DNA from: the human T2T-CHM13v2.0 reference genome, Homo sapiens
Length of the DNA stretch: 64,000 nucleotides
Reading direction: 5' to 3' (one strand)
Assembly: GCF_009914755.1 (NCBI RefSeq)
Contig: NC_060929.1
Below are positions 22,938-36,266 of the stretch, piece by piece. The notes beneath the pieces are model-generated. The model had not been told where the DNA came from. It was given only the letters and a program-made list of their open reading frames with translations, and ran no database searches. A program made the position numbers and the translations under genes. The first letter of the stretch is position 1; each line of letters begins with the position of its first letter.

Positions 22938-23689
22938 GGCAGATGACATACATACACATGCTTCACATATTGCCAAAGTCACTGAGCATTTATTATGGCC
23001 ATAGTAAAAGAATATAGAGGGGTTCTGTAGTGTAGCAGTCATCACACTCATCTCACATAGTAAGAAAATATAGTGAATCATTTTTTTGCTATGACAATTG
23101 CTGATATATATTAATAGTCAAATTTTATGAACTGAGAAGTGAGGGGAAAAAAGAATCTTCCTTGTATTTCTGTTTCTACTAGTTCTGCTTACTCTGTGTT
23201 GTCTTCTAGTCACTTAATCTGCCTGATCATCAGTTTTATTATGTACTGGAGGTCAGTGTTATGTACTTCATAAGGGTTGTGAGAATATTGTGAAAATCAT
23301 ATAATCTATATTGTATATTTATGAGATTCTTTGTGCAGAATAACTCCTCAGAAAATATAAGCTAATTTTAGTTATTGGCATATGGATAATCTGATTAATC
23401 ATAGATATTTGCCAATTCAGTTAAACTGCGTGCTATTGTCCATCATACTCCTTAGTTACCATTAAGCAATCATCTAGTGTACAGAATAGAAAACACTCTG
23501 GGAAGTGGGAGATAGGATTGTAATATGCTACAGAAACAACCCCACTCCCACCACCACCGGAATTACTGCATAAATTATTCACGGTCATACAGAATGCAAG
23601 TGGAAGAATCAAGATTCAGCCCCGAGTTGATCTACCTCCGCTTTAAACCAGAAAATAGATGATACTTCATAATTTTAAAATCTGTTGAT

Positions 23690-23810
23690 TTACATTATCT
23701 CATTTGATACTTATAACAACCTCTAAGGTTGGCATTATTAAGCTCATTTCACAGATGTATAAACAGAGGCTCAGAGGAAAAAAATGATTTATCCCACCTG
23801 GCTCAGCTAA
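23690..23810 (-). mobile_element. MIR fragment
   Basis: tctcatttgatacttataacaacc...catttcacagatgtataaacagaggctcagagg is the MIR core. Confidence 0.7.
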
Positions 23811-25259
23811 TTTTAATTAAAATAATAATTCCTAAATTCATAGCTGTAGTGTCACAGATTTTTTAAATCTCCACAGCTAGATGATTTCCTTAGATGGTGC
23901 TGTTTCAGATTAAATGCATAACAAAGCATTATGTTTATAAAATCAGGATAATGTGTATTTTTTGATTGTTCATAACCTTAGAACAGAAAACTAAGAATTG
24001 ACAGCATTTATTTAATCTTTGTGGCACAAAACTTTATCTTGAACATTTTGTTATCTGTTTATAGTTTATCTTTGAGAGTGGTAGGATGATGGACATTTTA
24101 TTTCTAATGGTGATTTAAGTCACCTATCAAACAACAACAACAACATTGGGATGAACAAATATTCTCATTCCAAAGCGGTCTAGTAGAGATAACCTCTTGT
24201 GTACAGAGGATGAGAATTTTTCCTCTTTTTAGAGGATGATCATTTCCAGTCATACTTACAATGAAGATTTGTAGTTTTGGGAGATGTTATCATATCCTGT
24301 ATACTACAGGTGGTAAACATTTAAAGGTCAACATTTCAAAGAAATGTCTAAATTTCCATGCCCAATAGCATTTGCGTATGTTTTCTCATGTCCTTGAATT
24401 AGCCATGCATGCAGAAAATGCATGTGCAAACCATATGGCAAGAATTCTATGTCACTTCCAAGAATCTTTTCCTGCAAGGGTCTGGGTTGCACATAAGCAA
24501 AATCATAGTTGAAGCCCACAAAGACTTGGAATCACAAATGCAATGCCTGATTAAGTCCAAGCATTCAATTTATTTTTAGAATAAAAGTGTAGACTCTAAA
24601 TTTAGAAGTGACTCTTTCAGTTAAAACATTAAGCACAGAAGCAGGACCACTAACTCTTTTGTATTAAAAGGATATCCAAGTGCTCTCCCTCTCCAAAACT
24701 GTCTTACCAAATAATAAAACTACATCAGAAACAAAGAAACAGTAGGTCAGTTGACCTACCATTTTCTAGTGGAAGTAAGTCAGGAATCACGTTCCACTAG
24801 GAAGTGTAGCTCATGGGTCATGTGTTTGATTTTCTTTGCTGGTTACATACTTTCTTCTTTGCCACAGGCTAGCACGCACATTTAGGTTGTCAGCCTGGTT
24901 CCTACTGGCATTTGAGTTTATAACTCCTGTGTGTGACCAGGCTCGTTGTCCTTACTCCCTTCTGTCCCTCATGAATTCTGCATCTAAATCAGTTTGGCTC
25001 AGGTTTCTGTACCCAGAGTAAGTTCATAAAGCCTTTTGCTATCCTCGATCTTCTACAGACAATATAATGCAGTGTTACATGTGTCCTAAATAACTCACAT
25101 AATTAATCGAAATAAAGTAACTTTTTCAGTTTAATGTTCTGTCATGTTGCCATTGTCTATCATTGCATTTCATCAATAAGTTTTATATAAAATATAATAG
25201 TTGCTGACATTAAGTATTTAATTATTAGCCATTGTGCTTGAGATTAGCAATGGGGTGAA

Positions 25260-26068
25260 TTTTAAATAGAATATTCAAATAGGTCTCACTGGAAAGTTGA
25301 TACCGGAGCAGTTAACTTGATGAGGAAATTAGCCATGGCTATTTGGAGAAGGGATGTTTTAGAAAGAAGTAACAGCTTAAGATGAAGTCATAAGGGAAAA
25401 GCATGCCTGATATAATCAGAGAACAGCAAGAATCCCACTGTGTCTAGAGCAGAGTGAGTGATGAGGAAGGGGACAGACAAAGAGATGAAGATAGAGAGGT
25501 GGTAATATGTGTGCAGGTGGCAGATTATGTAGATACTTGAAGGATTTTGGTTTTTACTCTAATGGAAATGAAATTATCAAGTTTTAAGTACAGACTAGAT
25601 ATAAATCGTATTATACTACAAAGATATCATTTTAGCTTCTGTGCTGAGAATAGACTATAGTGCAGCAAGGGCAGTACGGAAGACCAGATAAGAGACTTTT
25701 AACAAATAATCCAGGTGAACTCTGGCAATCAGGGAGGTAGTAGTGGAGATTGTGAGAAGTGGTCAGATATTGAATATATTTTGAAACTAGAGTCGACAAA
25801 TTGATGATACATTGAATTTAACATAGGAAAATAAGGAGACATCAAGCTTACACCAGGGTAACTGGCATAATTAACTGGAAGGTTAGAACTGGCATTAACT
25901 GAGATGGGAAAGACAGTGAATAAAATAGCTTTTGGTGGGAGAATTAGGAGATCAGTTTTAGCCATGCTTGGTTTGAAATGTCTTAGATATCGAAGTATAA
26001 ATGGATGAGCTGACAGTTGAATATACAAGTTTGGAGTTTCAGAAAGAAATGCAGGATGGTGATATATA
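25260..26068 (-). mobile_element. L2 fragment
   Basis: gagaacagcaagaa...tagagcagagtgagtg, tcagatattgaatatattttgaa and gttttagccatgcttggtttgaaatgtct. The - strand peptide SMAKTDLLILPPK is L2 ORF2-like. Confidence 0.8.
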
Positions 26069-26672
26069 TTATTCATGATTTTTTTTCACATTTTCTTCCA
26101 TTTTATCTTCCTATGTCTGAATGATTTCCTGAACTATTTCATTCATTAATTCTCTCTTTAGCAATATCTCATCCACACTTGATCAATGTTGAACAATTTT
26201 TATTTCAATGACTATATTTTATATTAAGCATTTTTTGTATAGTTTTCACATCTGGCTCTTCTCATTTCAAAATTTTTCTATTATTGTTTTATTGTGTGAA
26301 TATCTTCATATAGTTGTTTTAGACATGAAATGTATTTATTTTTGGTACCCTTTCAGATTATTCTATTTGCTATAGTCATTTGGATGCAAATGTTTATTTT
26401 ATAAAATCCAACGCTATATGGTTGGTATTAGGCTTTCTCATATCTTTTATAATTTTTTTATGAATTCATCTTCCCTGGTCATTTTCTTCCTTTAAGAGTC
26501 TTTGAATGCTGTGGATTATAAAACTCTCCTCATTAGTTAATATTGGGCATACTTTTAATTGAGCCACAACCTTTTATTCAGCTTTAGTCCAGTTTTTATG
26601 TCAAGTTTATGTCAGTTTATTAATCAAGCTTTTCTTCATGCACAAAACATGAATTTAGGTTTTTCCCCATAA

Positions 26673-27108
<436 letters not shown>

Positions 27109-27509
27109 ATGATTTTTAAAAGAGACTCGGGGCAAGCTCATGCGCTCATTTGCATGGGACTTATAGCCTCTATCTCAGATCACCCACAGAAGTGAAAGTT
27201 CCCTAGTGAATAATATGCCCATGTGTGCCAAAGTTCTTTTTGTTACTAAGACGTTGAATATGGAGTATATAATTCATACTTGTTATCTGAGGAAAATACT
27301 TAAGGAATAACCACATAAACAAAATAAACCAACAAAATGAATCAGAACAGAATCCTAAAGATAGAATAAGATGAAGAAGAAAGAAATTGGTGGTGAATAA
27401 TAATGTACACTGTAATATAAATAGATCTATATACATTAATATTGATAGGTTACTTGGAAAATATTAAGAAGATAAAAAGTAAAAACTCTTCGAACAGAAG
27501 CAATGGGGA

Positions 27510-27720
27510 AATAGGACTTTCAGAATGGCTCAGTGAGGAGCTTAGCAAATTCTCTCCATGTAATGCAATGATAAAACTAGACAAAACTGTCAAAAACATC
27601 AATTTCTGGAAATTGACTAAGGGAATATAACAAATTGGAAGCATTCATTTGAGAAAAACTACTGAAACATGGTAATAACAGTAGGAATCTGTGACATTTT
27701 AACATGAGCTTCTCTCATCC
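27510..27720 (+). mobile_element. Old L1M 5'-end fragment
   Basis: ggacttt...aatggc..agtgaggagc and aaaactagacaaaactgtcaaaaacatcaatttc resemble recalled L1M 5' ends. Confidence 0.45.
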
Positions 27721-28174
27721 TCCTTTTCTTGACCTCCTAGCTCTATCAAAGCATTATTCAGGATAAATCCAGACTTTTTAATTAAATCCCAAGTGTTAAA
27801 CAAGAATGTGTATGGGTCAGTGATTTGAACTTGATTTGGGCTGTAAAATTCTCAACAAATCTCTTCTACTTGTACATCATAACATGCTTAAAAAATGGGA
27901 GGTAAAAAACTAATATTCAAAATTAAACACCTATTTTGGTGGTACCAGAGAACTAACAATAACTATCAAAACTCCTACTGTCTAAAGATAATTTTGGTAT
28001 GGTATTTATTTATAGATGTATACATTATTGAAAACTAAAGTATCCCTAAAAGAAAAACCATCATATGGAAGTCTTAATCAATTAGCCAGCAATAATTGAA
28101 TGTTTACTATTTCTCAGCATTAGTTAGGTATGATAAAGTCTCCAGAAATCTTTGTTACTGGTCCCTAACTTGTA

Positions 28175-30185
28175 ACTGGGTAATTCTTTTACTATATTTA
28201 CCTGGGCTTACTTGAACAGCTGCACCCATCTAAAAAATTGGCTGGGAGCTAACTTCAGCTGAGAAAACTGAGATGGCTTTGTGTCTTTCCAAATGTGGTC
28301 TTTCATCCTCCAGGTGGTTAGACCAGGCTTCCTCACATAAGGCAGCAATGTTTCAAGAGAGGAAGCCCCAATATGCAAATGCTTGATGTTCCATTGGCAA
28401 AAGCAAATTCCACGAGGCAGGAGATATCGCAAGCATGTAGTTACAGGAAGGTGTGATTCACTGTATTCCATTTTGGCAGCAATCTTCCACAGTCCAGCTT
28501 CTGGCTCTAGTGATTCATGTCTCTTTCATACACAAAACACACTCATCACCTCTGAAACACTGATGGCTTCATCCAGTCGTAGCATCAATTAGGGAGTTTA
28601 TGATCTAATAAAAAGAATCAGGTTTGGATATGGCTGAGGTATTTTGGGTGGAGCTCTTTTGATATAAATCCTCATTATTTACAAAAACAAGCTATTTGCC
28701 CCTCACATACTTAACACACAACAATGAATCAGGGAGCAATGACAGCAATAGACACTCCCATTCAAAAAAAGAAAGGAAGAGAAGACAATGGCAATCATTG
28801 GATCATAGCAACTCTAAATGCCAGACAGGCACAAGCCCCACTGATAGCAGGGAATGTTCCTTGATCAGGGCCTAGTTCTGTTCCTGGGAGCTGGGAGTCA
28901 TTCTCTAAAGCATTGTCTTCTGTGATTATTGGCTTTTACCTCTGAGAATTCAGTTCTGGCCTATGAGATGTCTTTTTTTTTTTTCCAAATAAGAAATGAC
29001 CTACATTTGCAGCTGAGTAGCTTTATCAGTCTACTAACCCTCAGTAAATTAGGGGAGACAATGGCTCCTTTTCCTTTCAAACTGTCTCTATCTTTTTCAG
29101 TACAAACTGATAAATTCTCTTAAAAACTTTGTGATATTTCTGTAAGTCAGATAGAGTTCACTTGATGCCCCCCAAAGCCACATTTACAATTATTTTTAAG
29201 GCAGGCCTCTTTCTTTCCCTTAGACTCCATGTATGGCTGCTGTGGGACAAAGCTTATAAGATTCTAAAGAGCCGTTTGTTCTAGATGAAAGGGTCTACTA
29301 GGCACCTCCTTCAATTGTCTTGAGGTCTTAACAAAGGGTATTACAGCTGTAACACTGATTTGATAATTATTTTAAAGGCATTTCTTTTTATGAGAATTCT
29401 CTGCTGTCTGGAGATTATGTGAAATGTTTTGATTTTTCAACCAAGCAACTCTTAGCTTCTTTACATATTCTTTACATTCCCCTTATAAAGTAAAATCTCC
29501 CTTTTAGTGCCTCTTTCTCTTTATTCTATCATATACAGCCAAGGAAGAAAATTGACATTTTTAACTCTGCCTAGAATTCTCCTTAGCTAGATCCACAGAT
29601 TCATTACTGAACCATTAGGCTTATTCTCTATCTCCAAAGACTGTAGAGAACAGTTTGTCATTGCTTCAATACTACAAAACATCTTTCTAGCCTCTAATAG
29701 CAGGTTCCTCTCAACTCCTCTCAACTCACTGCCCAGTCTCAAAACCAATACCACAAATTTTAGGAGAGTGTTTTAGCAACCATCCAATTCTGGTACCATT
29801 TTACAAATCAATTGTCTATTGCTGACCTAAAGCAACAACAACAAAAAATCACATTATTTCTTGCAATTCCTTGAGTTAGGTGGGTGGCTCCGCAATGTTA
29901 TCCTGGGCTGTCTCATGCAGATTCATTCAGCTAGATGGTCTGTTGGGAGCTCAGCTTGACTGAGACATTTGTGATGGCTGCTTTCCTTTCCATGTGGTCT
30001 TTGATCTTCTGGAAGTCTAGAATGGTGACAGCAATACTCCTTGAGGACAAGCCCCACTGTGTACATGTTTTTCTCATTCTCCTAAGCAAGTCACATAACC
30101 AAGAACATGTGGGAGGGCAACACCAACGATGTGAATGCTGAGAAATGTGATTCATTGGAGCCAATTAACCTAACAATGTGCCACT
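28175..30185 (-). mobile_element. MLT1 (MLT1H-like) MaLR with two LTRs and an internal region
   Basis: LTR at about 28175-28491 ending ...cttccaca. Internal region starts gtccagcttctggctc and ends ttctggtaccatttt (about 29802). Second LTR at about 29803-30185. Both LTRs share atgtggtctt, aagcccca and tgtgattca blocks. Confidence 0.75.
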
Positions 30186-30619
30186 GAATATGTCATCTTT
30201 TAACAAATTAATATCAAAATTCTGTGAAATAGAAATCTTATAATAGGTGATACAAAATTAAATTTAAATTTTCTCAAAAACTAGGTACTGTTTCTTGGTA
30301 TTACTTACTTCTACAAGGAAATCTTTTTTTGCTGTCAAATTCAATATATTTCCTGTCATAAAGTCTGACAAATCTGGTTTAAGATACTAATCCTTGTTTA
30401 ACATATGCTGTTTCCAATAGAATACCTTAAAATGGCAAACACATTTCAGTTTACTTTTTAGAATGTTTCTTTCTGTTTCCAAATTTCCTCCTCTAATATT
30501 GGTACTTACAAGCTCTGTTAAGAGTATCTAACATACTACTCAGGTGATCGGTGCACTTCGACTTTGTGCCCTGGATTATGTAAGAAGGAAGACAGTTCTT
30601 GTAAAAATTCTCTTAATAT

Positions 30620-30764
30620 ATTTAATCCTCCTTTTCCTCTTCTGTAGAATGAGGATGATAAGAGTATCTATCTATCTCTTGGGGTTACTGTTAAAGTTAG
30701 TGCTTGCAAATGTTTAGCATAGTGCATAGTTCAGAGTAGATGCTTATTAAATGGAAATTATATT
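30620..30764 (+). mobile_element. MIR fragment
   Basis: ttttcctcttctgtagaatgaggatgata...tttagcatagtgcatagttcagagtagatgcttattaaatg. Confidence 0.65.
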
Positions 30765-30782
30765 AAGAGTTAGCAGAAAGAG

Positions 30783-33547
30783 GCCTCGTGTTTGGCCTAG
30801 TCCAGAGAGCAGCAGGCCTCCAGCCGAGGAGCCGTGGCCACAGTCCAAGGCCAGGACCTGTGTTGGGGACTTCAAGGGTATGCGGTGGTGGAGGTGACAA
30901 TGGTAAAGGCGGGAGCCCCACAGGGTCCTCAGATTGGGGAACTGCCTCTTGCATCACAAAGCCAGTAGGGACAGAATAGCTTATGGTGCTGGTCCCCACC
31001 CACCACTTCAGAGACTTTGAGAGGAAACCAGAGTACCCATAGCTGGAGATGCCTGTCCGACCTCCCTACCCTGGTCCTATGAGAACCATGTGGCTTATCC
31101 ACGATGGCTGTGGCATCGCCTGTGCCATCATCACCTGGTTTCTGGTCCTCTATGCGGAGTTTGTGGTCCTCTTTTTCATGCTGATTCCATCCGGAGACTA
31201 TGCTTACAGCACCATCAATGGAATTGTGTTCAACCTGCTGACTTTCTTGGCCCTGGCCTCCCACTGCCAGGCCATGCTGACAGACACCGGAGCAGTGCCC
31301 AAATGAAATGCCACAAATAATTCATCCAGAGTTTACAGATGAAGCCCAGGCATGTGGTATACTCGTGTCCCAGTGCTGCAGCCTCAAGCCTGACCCAGCC
31401 TGCCGCTGCAGTGTTTGTAAGGGGTGCATTCGTAGGGTGGACCCCCACTGTCCCTGGGTCAACATCTGCATCGAAGAGAACAACCAGAAGTGCTTTGTCC
31501 TGCCTATCATGTGCACAGCTCTCATTTCCTTGCCTGCCCTCATCATGGTGGATTACACTTCCTGGATTGTTGTGAAGAAGATTACTCAAATCTCCCGAAG
31601 CCTATGAACTGAACAGGGAAGGAATGGCAGATGCCTGTATCTCTCCTCATGAAAAAATGCAGCCCTTTTAAGTCAGTTTGACAGAGTGTAGCTCCTTCTT
31701 TCCACCCACCACGGTGGTCTTCCTCATCCCACTGTGCTTTGAGGGGCTGCTCTTCATTTTCACATCAGTGATGTTTGGGACCCAGGTGCACTCCATCTGC
31801 ATGGAGGAAATGGCTGTAGGACAATTGAAAAAGGAAGAGAGAAGATGGGCTAAGAAACCAAAATGGATGAACATGACATTTACCATGAACAGACATCTGT
31901 CTGGCATGACTGTTTTTGGCTACCCCTTCTCTCTAGGCAGATGGAGACTTTTTGCCATGCCAGATCAAGGGAAGGCAGGCCCATACCAGTGTGAAGTCTG
32001 AAGGAGTCAGATCAGCATGGCCACTTACACGCAAGCCACACCACAGCACTGCTGTCCCATCTGTTTCCATGAATGTTTAAATCGAAAAAGCAAAAAAACA
32101 ACTACTCTAAAAGCTTTTTTTTTTAATGTCTCAAGTAAAATGGCACATCATTGCAGAGGAAAAAAAATAAGTCCCCATATTTTATTTTTTAAATATCATC
32201 CTGTTGAAGTTTTGGGTGACAAAAGCTGCTCTTTCTTTTCCTTTTAAAATCACTTTTCCGGCCTCTGGTTTCCTCTCTGTGGCCTGTCTGGCATGACCAA
32301 TGTAGAAGGTGCTGTCTCCGGTCTGTGCCCACTTCTACCAACTGAATGAAGCTTAATGCTGCATGTGGATGGAACAGTCTAGACACCTGGCAGGGGATGC
32401 ATGGAAATCCAGGAGGGTCCTGACCTCCCACTGCCCAGGAGGCAGTGGCTGGCAGGCACCCCAGTGAGACTTAAAACTTCACCGAAGATGGATGCTTACC
32501 TTTTGAGGCCTGAAAAGGTCAGGGTCAGGGCTGGAGCTTTCAGAAGGGACCCTTGGCACAACCGCCTCATCCCAAAGGTGGACATGGTTTGCCTCCTAAT
32601 TAGGAAATCAATTGCCTGCCCTGTACTTTATGGGCTTGGGGTATGAAGAATAATTTTTTTTGGAGGTGGGGGGGAGATGAAACAGGTTTTATTTGTATTC
32701 TGAATCAGCTTTTATATTCCCTCTGATTATTTGGAAGAGTGTGAAGGAAAGACATTTTTCCAATTCAAAATGCCTTATACAGTCAAGAGAGGAAAAAAAA
32801 TTACATAATTTCAGGCAAGCTGTGTTCCTTTGTTACGTTTACTTCCTCTGTTACCACTCTATCTCCCTCTTTTCCCCAGCATGATGTCAGTTAAGCAGTG
32901 TTAATTCTGAGTGCAACAGGTACCAGTGCCCAACACATACAGCCCTACCAGTAACCTCTTTTCCTCATTTGATAAATCTCTAAAGTGGATTCACTTTCTG
33001 GTATTTAACACCCATAAATGTGTATGTGCTGGTGTGTTATCTGTATTTTAACCTTTGAGGCTGTTGTCCTGGTATGGAGCTGACCATGATGCTGGGGTGA
33101 CATCATAGCTCTCAACCTTTCTAAGTTGACAGATGGCCATCCCTTTGGCTGGAATTGGCAGATACATCTAAGCCTATGGCACTGGACAGAATAGGTTTTC
33201 CATTTGGAAGGCACTTTCTGTGTGTCTCCTTTGAGGGAGGTGGTGATGGTTGGGAGGGGTGAGGAGGTAGGGAGTGCCCTCCAAGTACAAAAAGAACAAA
33301 TCTGATTACTGACCAACTGGGAATTCTTACACATTGATTTGTTTTTTACGTGATTGCCACAACTCCCCGTTTTTACCTTTTGCTGGGGGGTGGGTGGTGG
33401 ATAAGGTTTATTCAATCCTGTCCTGAGTGGGGAGAAAGTTAATCTAGCCATGCGGTTTTTCAGAAAAGTAAGTGGAACAAGCTGCCTCTTTTCAGTTGTC
33501 AGTGCTTCCACATGTAAACAAAATGCAATAAAATTTTCCCAAAAATT
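30783..33547 (+). pseudogene. ZDHHC3: Processed pseudogene of ZDHHC3 (GODZ palmitoyltransferase): 5' UTR, disabled CDS 30983-32001, about 1.5-kb 3' UTR
   Basis: Intronless. Reads MVLVPTHHFRDFERKPEY..., [68 protein letters not shown] and [13 protein letters not shown]. Stops at 31040 (TAG) and 31304 (TGA), plus frameshifts. AATAAA at 33527-33532, residual A tail, 18-bp TSD aa(g/a)agttagca(g/t)aaagag at 30765-30782 and 33548-33565. The symbol refers to the parent gene. Confidence 0.95.
33527..33532 (+). terminator. Polyadenylation signal inherited from ZDHHC3 mRNA
   Basis: AATAAA 8 nt before the residual A-tract and TSD. Confidence 0.8.
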
Positions 33548-35951
33548 AAAAGTTAGCATAAAGAGAATGTAATACTGACTGGTAAATACCAACTTTTAGT
33601 CTAGAGGAGAGTTGCAAGGGCTTTAGTTGGCTTCTTAGAAGCAGTAGCATTTGATTGAGGTCTTAAACGAACTCTGCAATATAAAGAACATGAAGAAGTC
33701 AAAGTCAAGATGTTGATTTTTGATTGAGTCAAGATATATGGTCCTAAATTGGATAGTTTCCTGACATTTGAAAATCTTTTACTATATATGAACTTTTGCT
33801 GTTGTGGCACTAACGGAAAATTCATGGATATAGTAGACATTTATCAATTTTCCTGGCCAGCATGAGTTCACATTTCTGCTGTTATTGACATCATGTATTG
33901 CTTAAAGTACTATTTCTCTCTTGATCTAGTCTTTATTAGCATTGTCAGTCAAGGCTGAGGATGTTTTCCAAGCTTGGTCAACCTGAATACCTGAGTCAAT
34001 CTCTTTTTCTTCCCTCCTCTCTGCATGCATTCTCTCTCTCTCTCTTTCTCACTCTCGATTCATTTCTTCTCTTATTTCTTGTCTAAAATTTGATTTTGAT
34101 TATAGTGAGAAAGAATAGATAATAGTTTGCTTGTTTTTGAACTTTAAATAAGTTTAGGAGCAGCAAGAAAATTATTTTCACAAAGTCATAAATGAATGGA
34201 TTCCATTTAGGAAAGGACAGATTAAAGGCTTACATAGTACTGATAAATGTTCTGTTTATCTGAGCAGCTGTTATATGGTATTTGCTTCATAATAATTTCT
34301 TAAATTATATATTTATGACATGGCTATTTTGCATATATATTTCATGTCATCCTTTTAACATAGGATTGGAACTCCATTTGTTTTTTTCCCGATAACAGCA
34401 TTTGGAAGAAACTATTCATCACTTTCTGTAATGTAGATCCTGGAGGAGTTCTCCAGAACCTTTTTGGTTTCTCTTCTAAGATCTGTCCTTCTGATTTCCT
34501 TAGGTTTGATCATCACATCTATTCTAGTTAATTTATTTTATGTGGTCTAATTTACTCTAAGTGAATTTCTGTTACTTGCAATCTAAAAACTCTAAGTGAT
34601 TGAATGGATGAGAAAAACTGAATAAAATAATTTGTCTTAACAAACAGCAAATATTTTCCATTCCCAGAAGGGTTTTAAGTTGTGCAAGTCCCCATGAAAT
34701 TCAGAAGGAGTCCGCTGAAAATTTTAATTTCTAAAACATTTTCTCTAACTTCCCTCACTACAGTGTAGAACTAATTACTTCCTCATCTACGTCTTCGAGA
34801 GCTTGAATTCTTTTAGGACTGTGGGCTGCATGAAGATATAGAGGAGAGATTATAATTTTTACAATCACAGATAGGAATGTACTTACATTATATTATTTAA
34901 TTACCTGTATTTTCTTCTTCCTAGATCGATGCGTCTTTGAGGGCAAAAAGCCTCAACTCATACTTATTTTTGAATATGTAAAAGGTATTTCAGTGTTTGG
35001 CATTACTAGCAGATCAATAAGTATATTTTAAATTGATTTGTTGAATTGATATCTTTCCCAGAGTTTCTTGTGAGAGATCAATAGATACTCAGGATGTTTG
35101 CTTTGTAAATATTTGTAGAAACAATTCAGTAATAGGTTTTGTAGCCACCCAAGAAATAGTTTATAGCTGACTGATATATTTTTAAATAGGGCAATTAAAA
35201 TTAGGGGGGTTTGCGTGGCTGAGGTTTCATAATTTATGCCCATATTATCTTTTAGCACTTTCGTTTTTACTTCTGACATAGAATAAAAATTCAACAAGGA
35301 TAGCTGTGATAAACTCCTTTACATAAGTTTGGAGCCAGTAGGTCAATATTAAGCACCTTAATATTGCATGGCAATAGGTTGCATGGCAAAGTACTGAGAT
35401 CTGAAACTCTCAAACATTCTATCCTTGGCCAAATAGAGTTTTTTATTACCTATGTCAATGTTCTTATTAATATCCTAATTGCAACTAACCTATAACCCTA
35501 GGGTTTCTAAGGAAATCTGTGTCTATGAAATTACTTTGGGCTTGGCTTTGTGAGGGTTGTTAGCAGATGACAAAGTAAGCTTTTCTTTCCTCTTATTGTG
35601 TGTATCTACTTTGGTTGCCTAGTGCTCTTTAATGAGTTTGAAAGCAAAATAAAATATTTTTGAGGATCCCTTATGTTTTTCAGGTAGAATTCAATGTCTA
35701 ATCATGCTTGTCCTAATTTAATTAACACAGTTAGAACATTAAGTTAATGAGGTTAAACCCATGAGTTCAATTGCCAGTTACAATGGACTAGGCAGGAAAT
35801 CTGGAAAAAAATCAATACTTTAATAGCAAAACACCAGACTTAAAGAAAAATAACACTTAAGTTGGAATTTTATTTCTTCCATGAATTTTCATGTAATCTT
35901 GGGCATGTTAATTAACCTTTTGAGGTTAGAGAGTAAAAATCAATTAGTATT

Positions 35952-36266
35952 GTCCCAGCATGGTGGCTCATGTCTGTAATCCCAGCACTTTCGGAGGCCC
36001 AGGTGGGAGGGTCACTGGACCCCAGGAGTTAAAGTCCAGTCTGGACAACATAGCAAGACCCTGTCTTTTAAAAATCCTTTTTAAGTTAGGTGGGCATGGT
36101 GGCTTGTGCCTGTAGTCCCAGCTACTTGGGAGGCTGAGGTGGAAGGACTGCTTGAACACAGGCGGATCGAGCCTGCAGTGAACTGTGATCACGCCACTGC
36201 ACTCCAGCCTGGGTGACAGAGCAAGAACCTGTCTCCAATAAATATTAAATTAAATTAAATTAAAAA
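35952..36266 (+). mobile_element. AluJ (Jo/Jr-like), apparently inserted in a MIR
   Basis: Diverged dimer with J-type cccaggagtt, caacatagcaagacc and tgcagtgaactgtgatc; (TAAAT)n tail. Confidence 0.88.

Noticed and set aside
24252-24475. Strong - strand donor (gtaagtat) with an upstream cccttgcag acceptor
   Set aside because: The ORF-track frame stops within it and I recognise no homology; it cannot be supported as an exon without transcript data.
33005-33592. 195-aa - strand ORF antisense to the pseudogene 3' UTR
   Set aside because: Starts at TTG, crosses the TSD, has no recognisable domain, and lies on the opposite strand of UTR-derived sequence; most likely chance.
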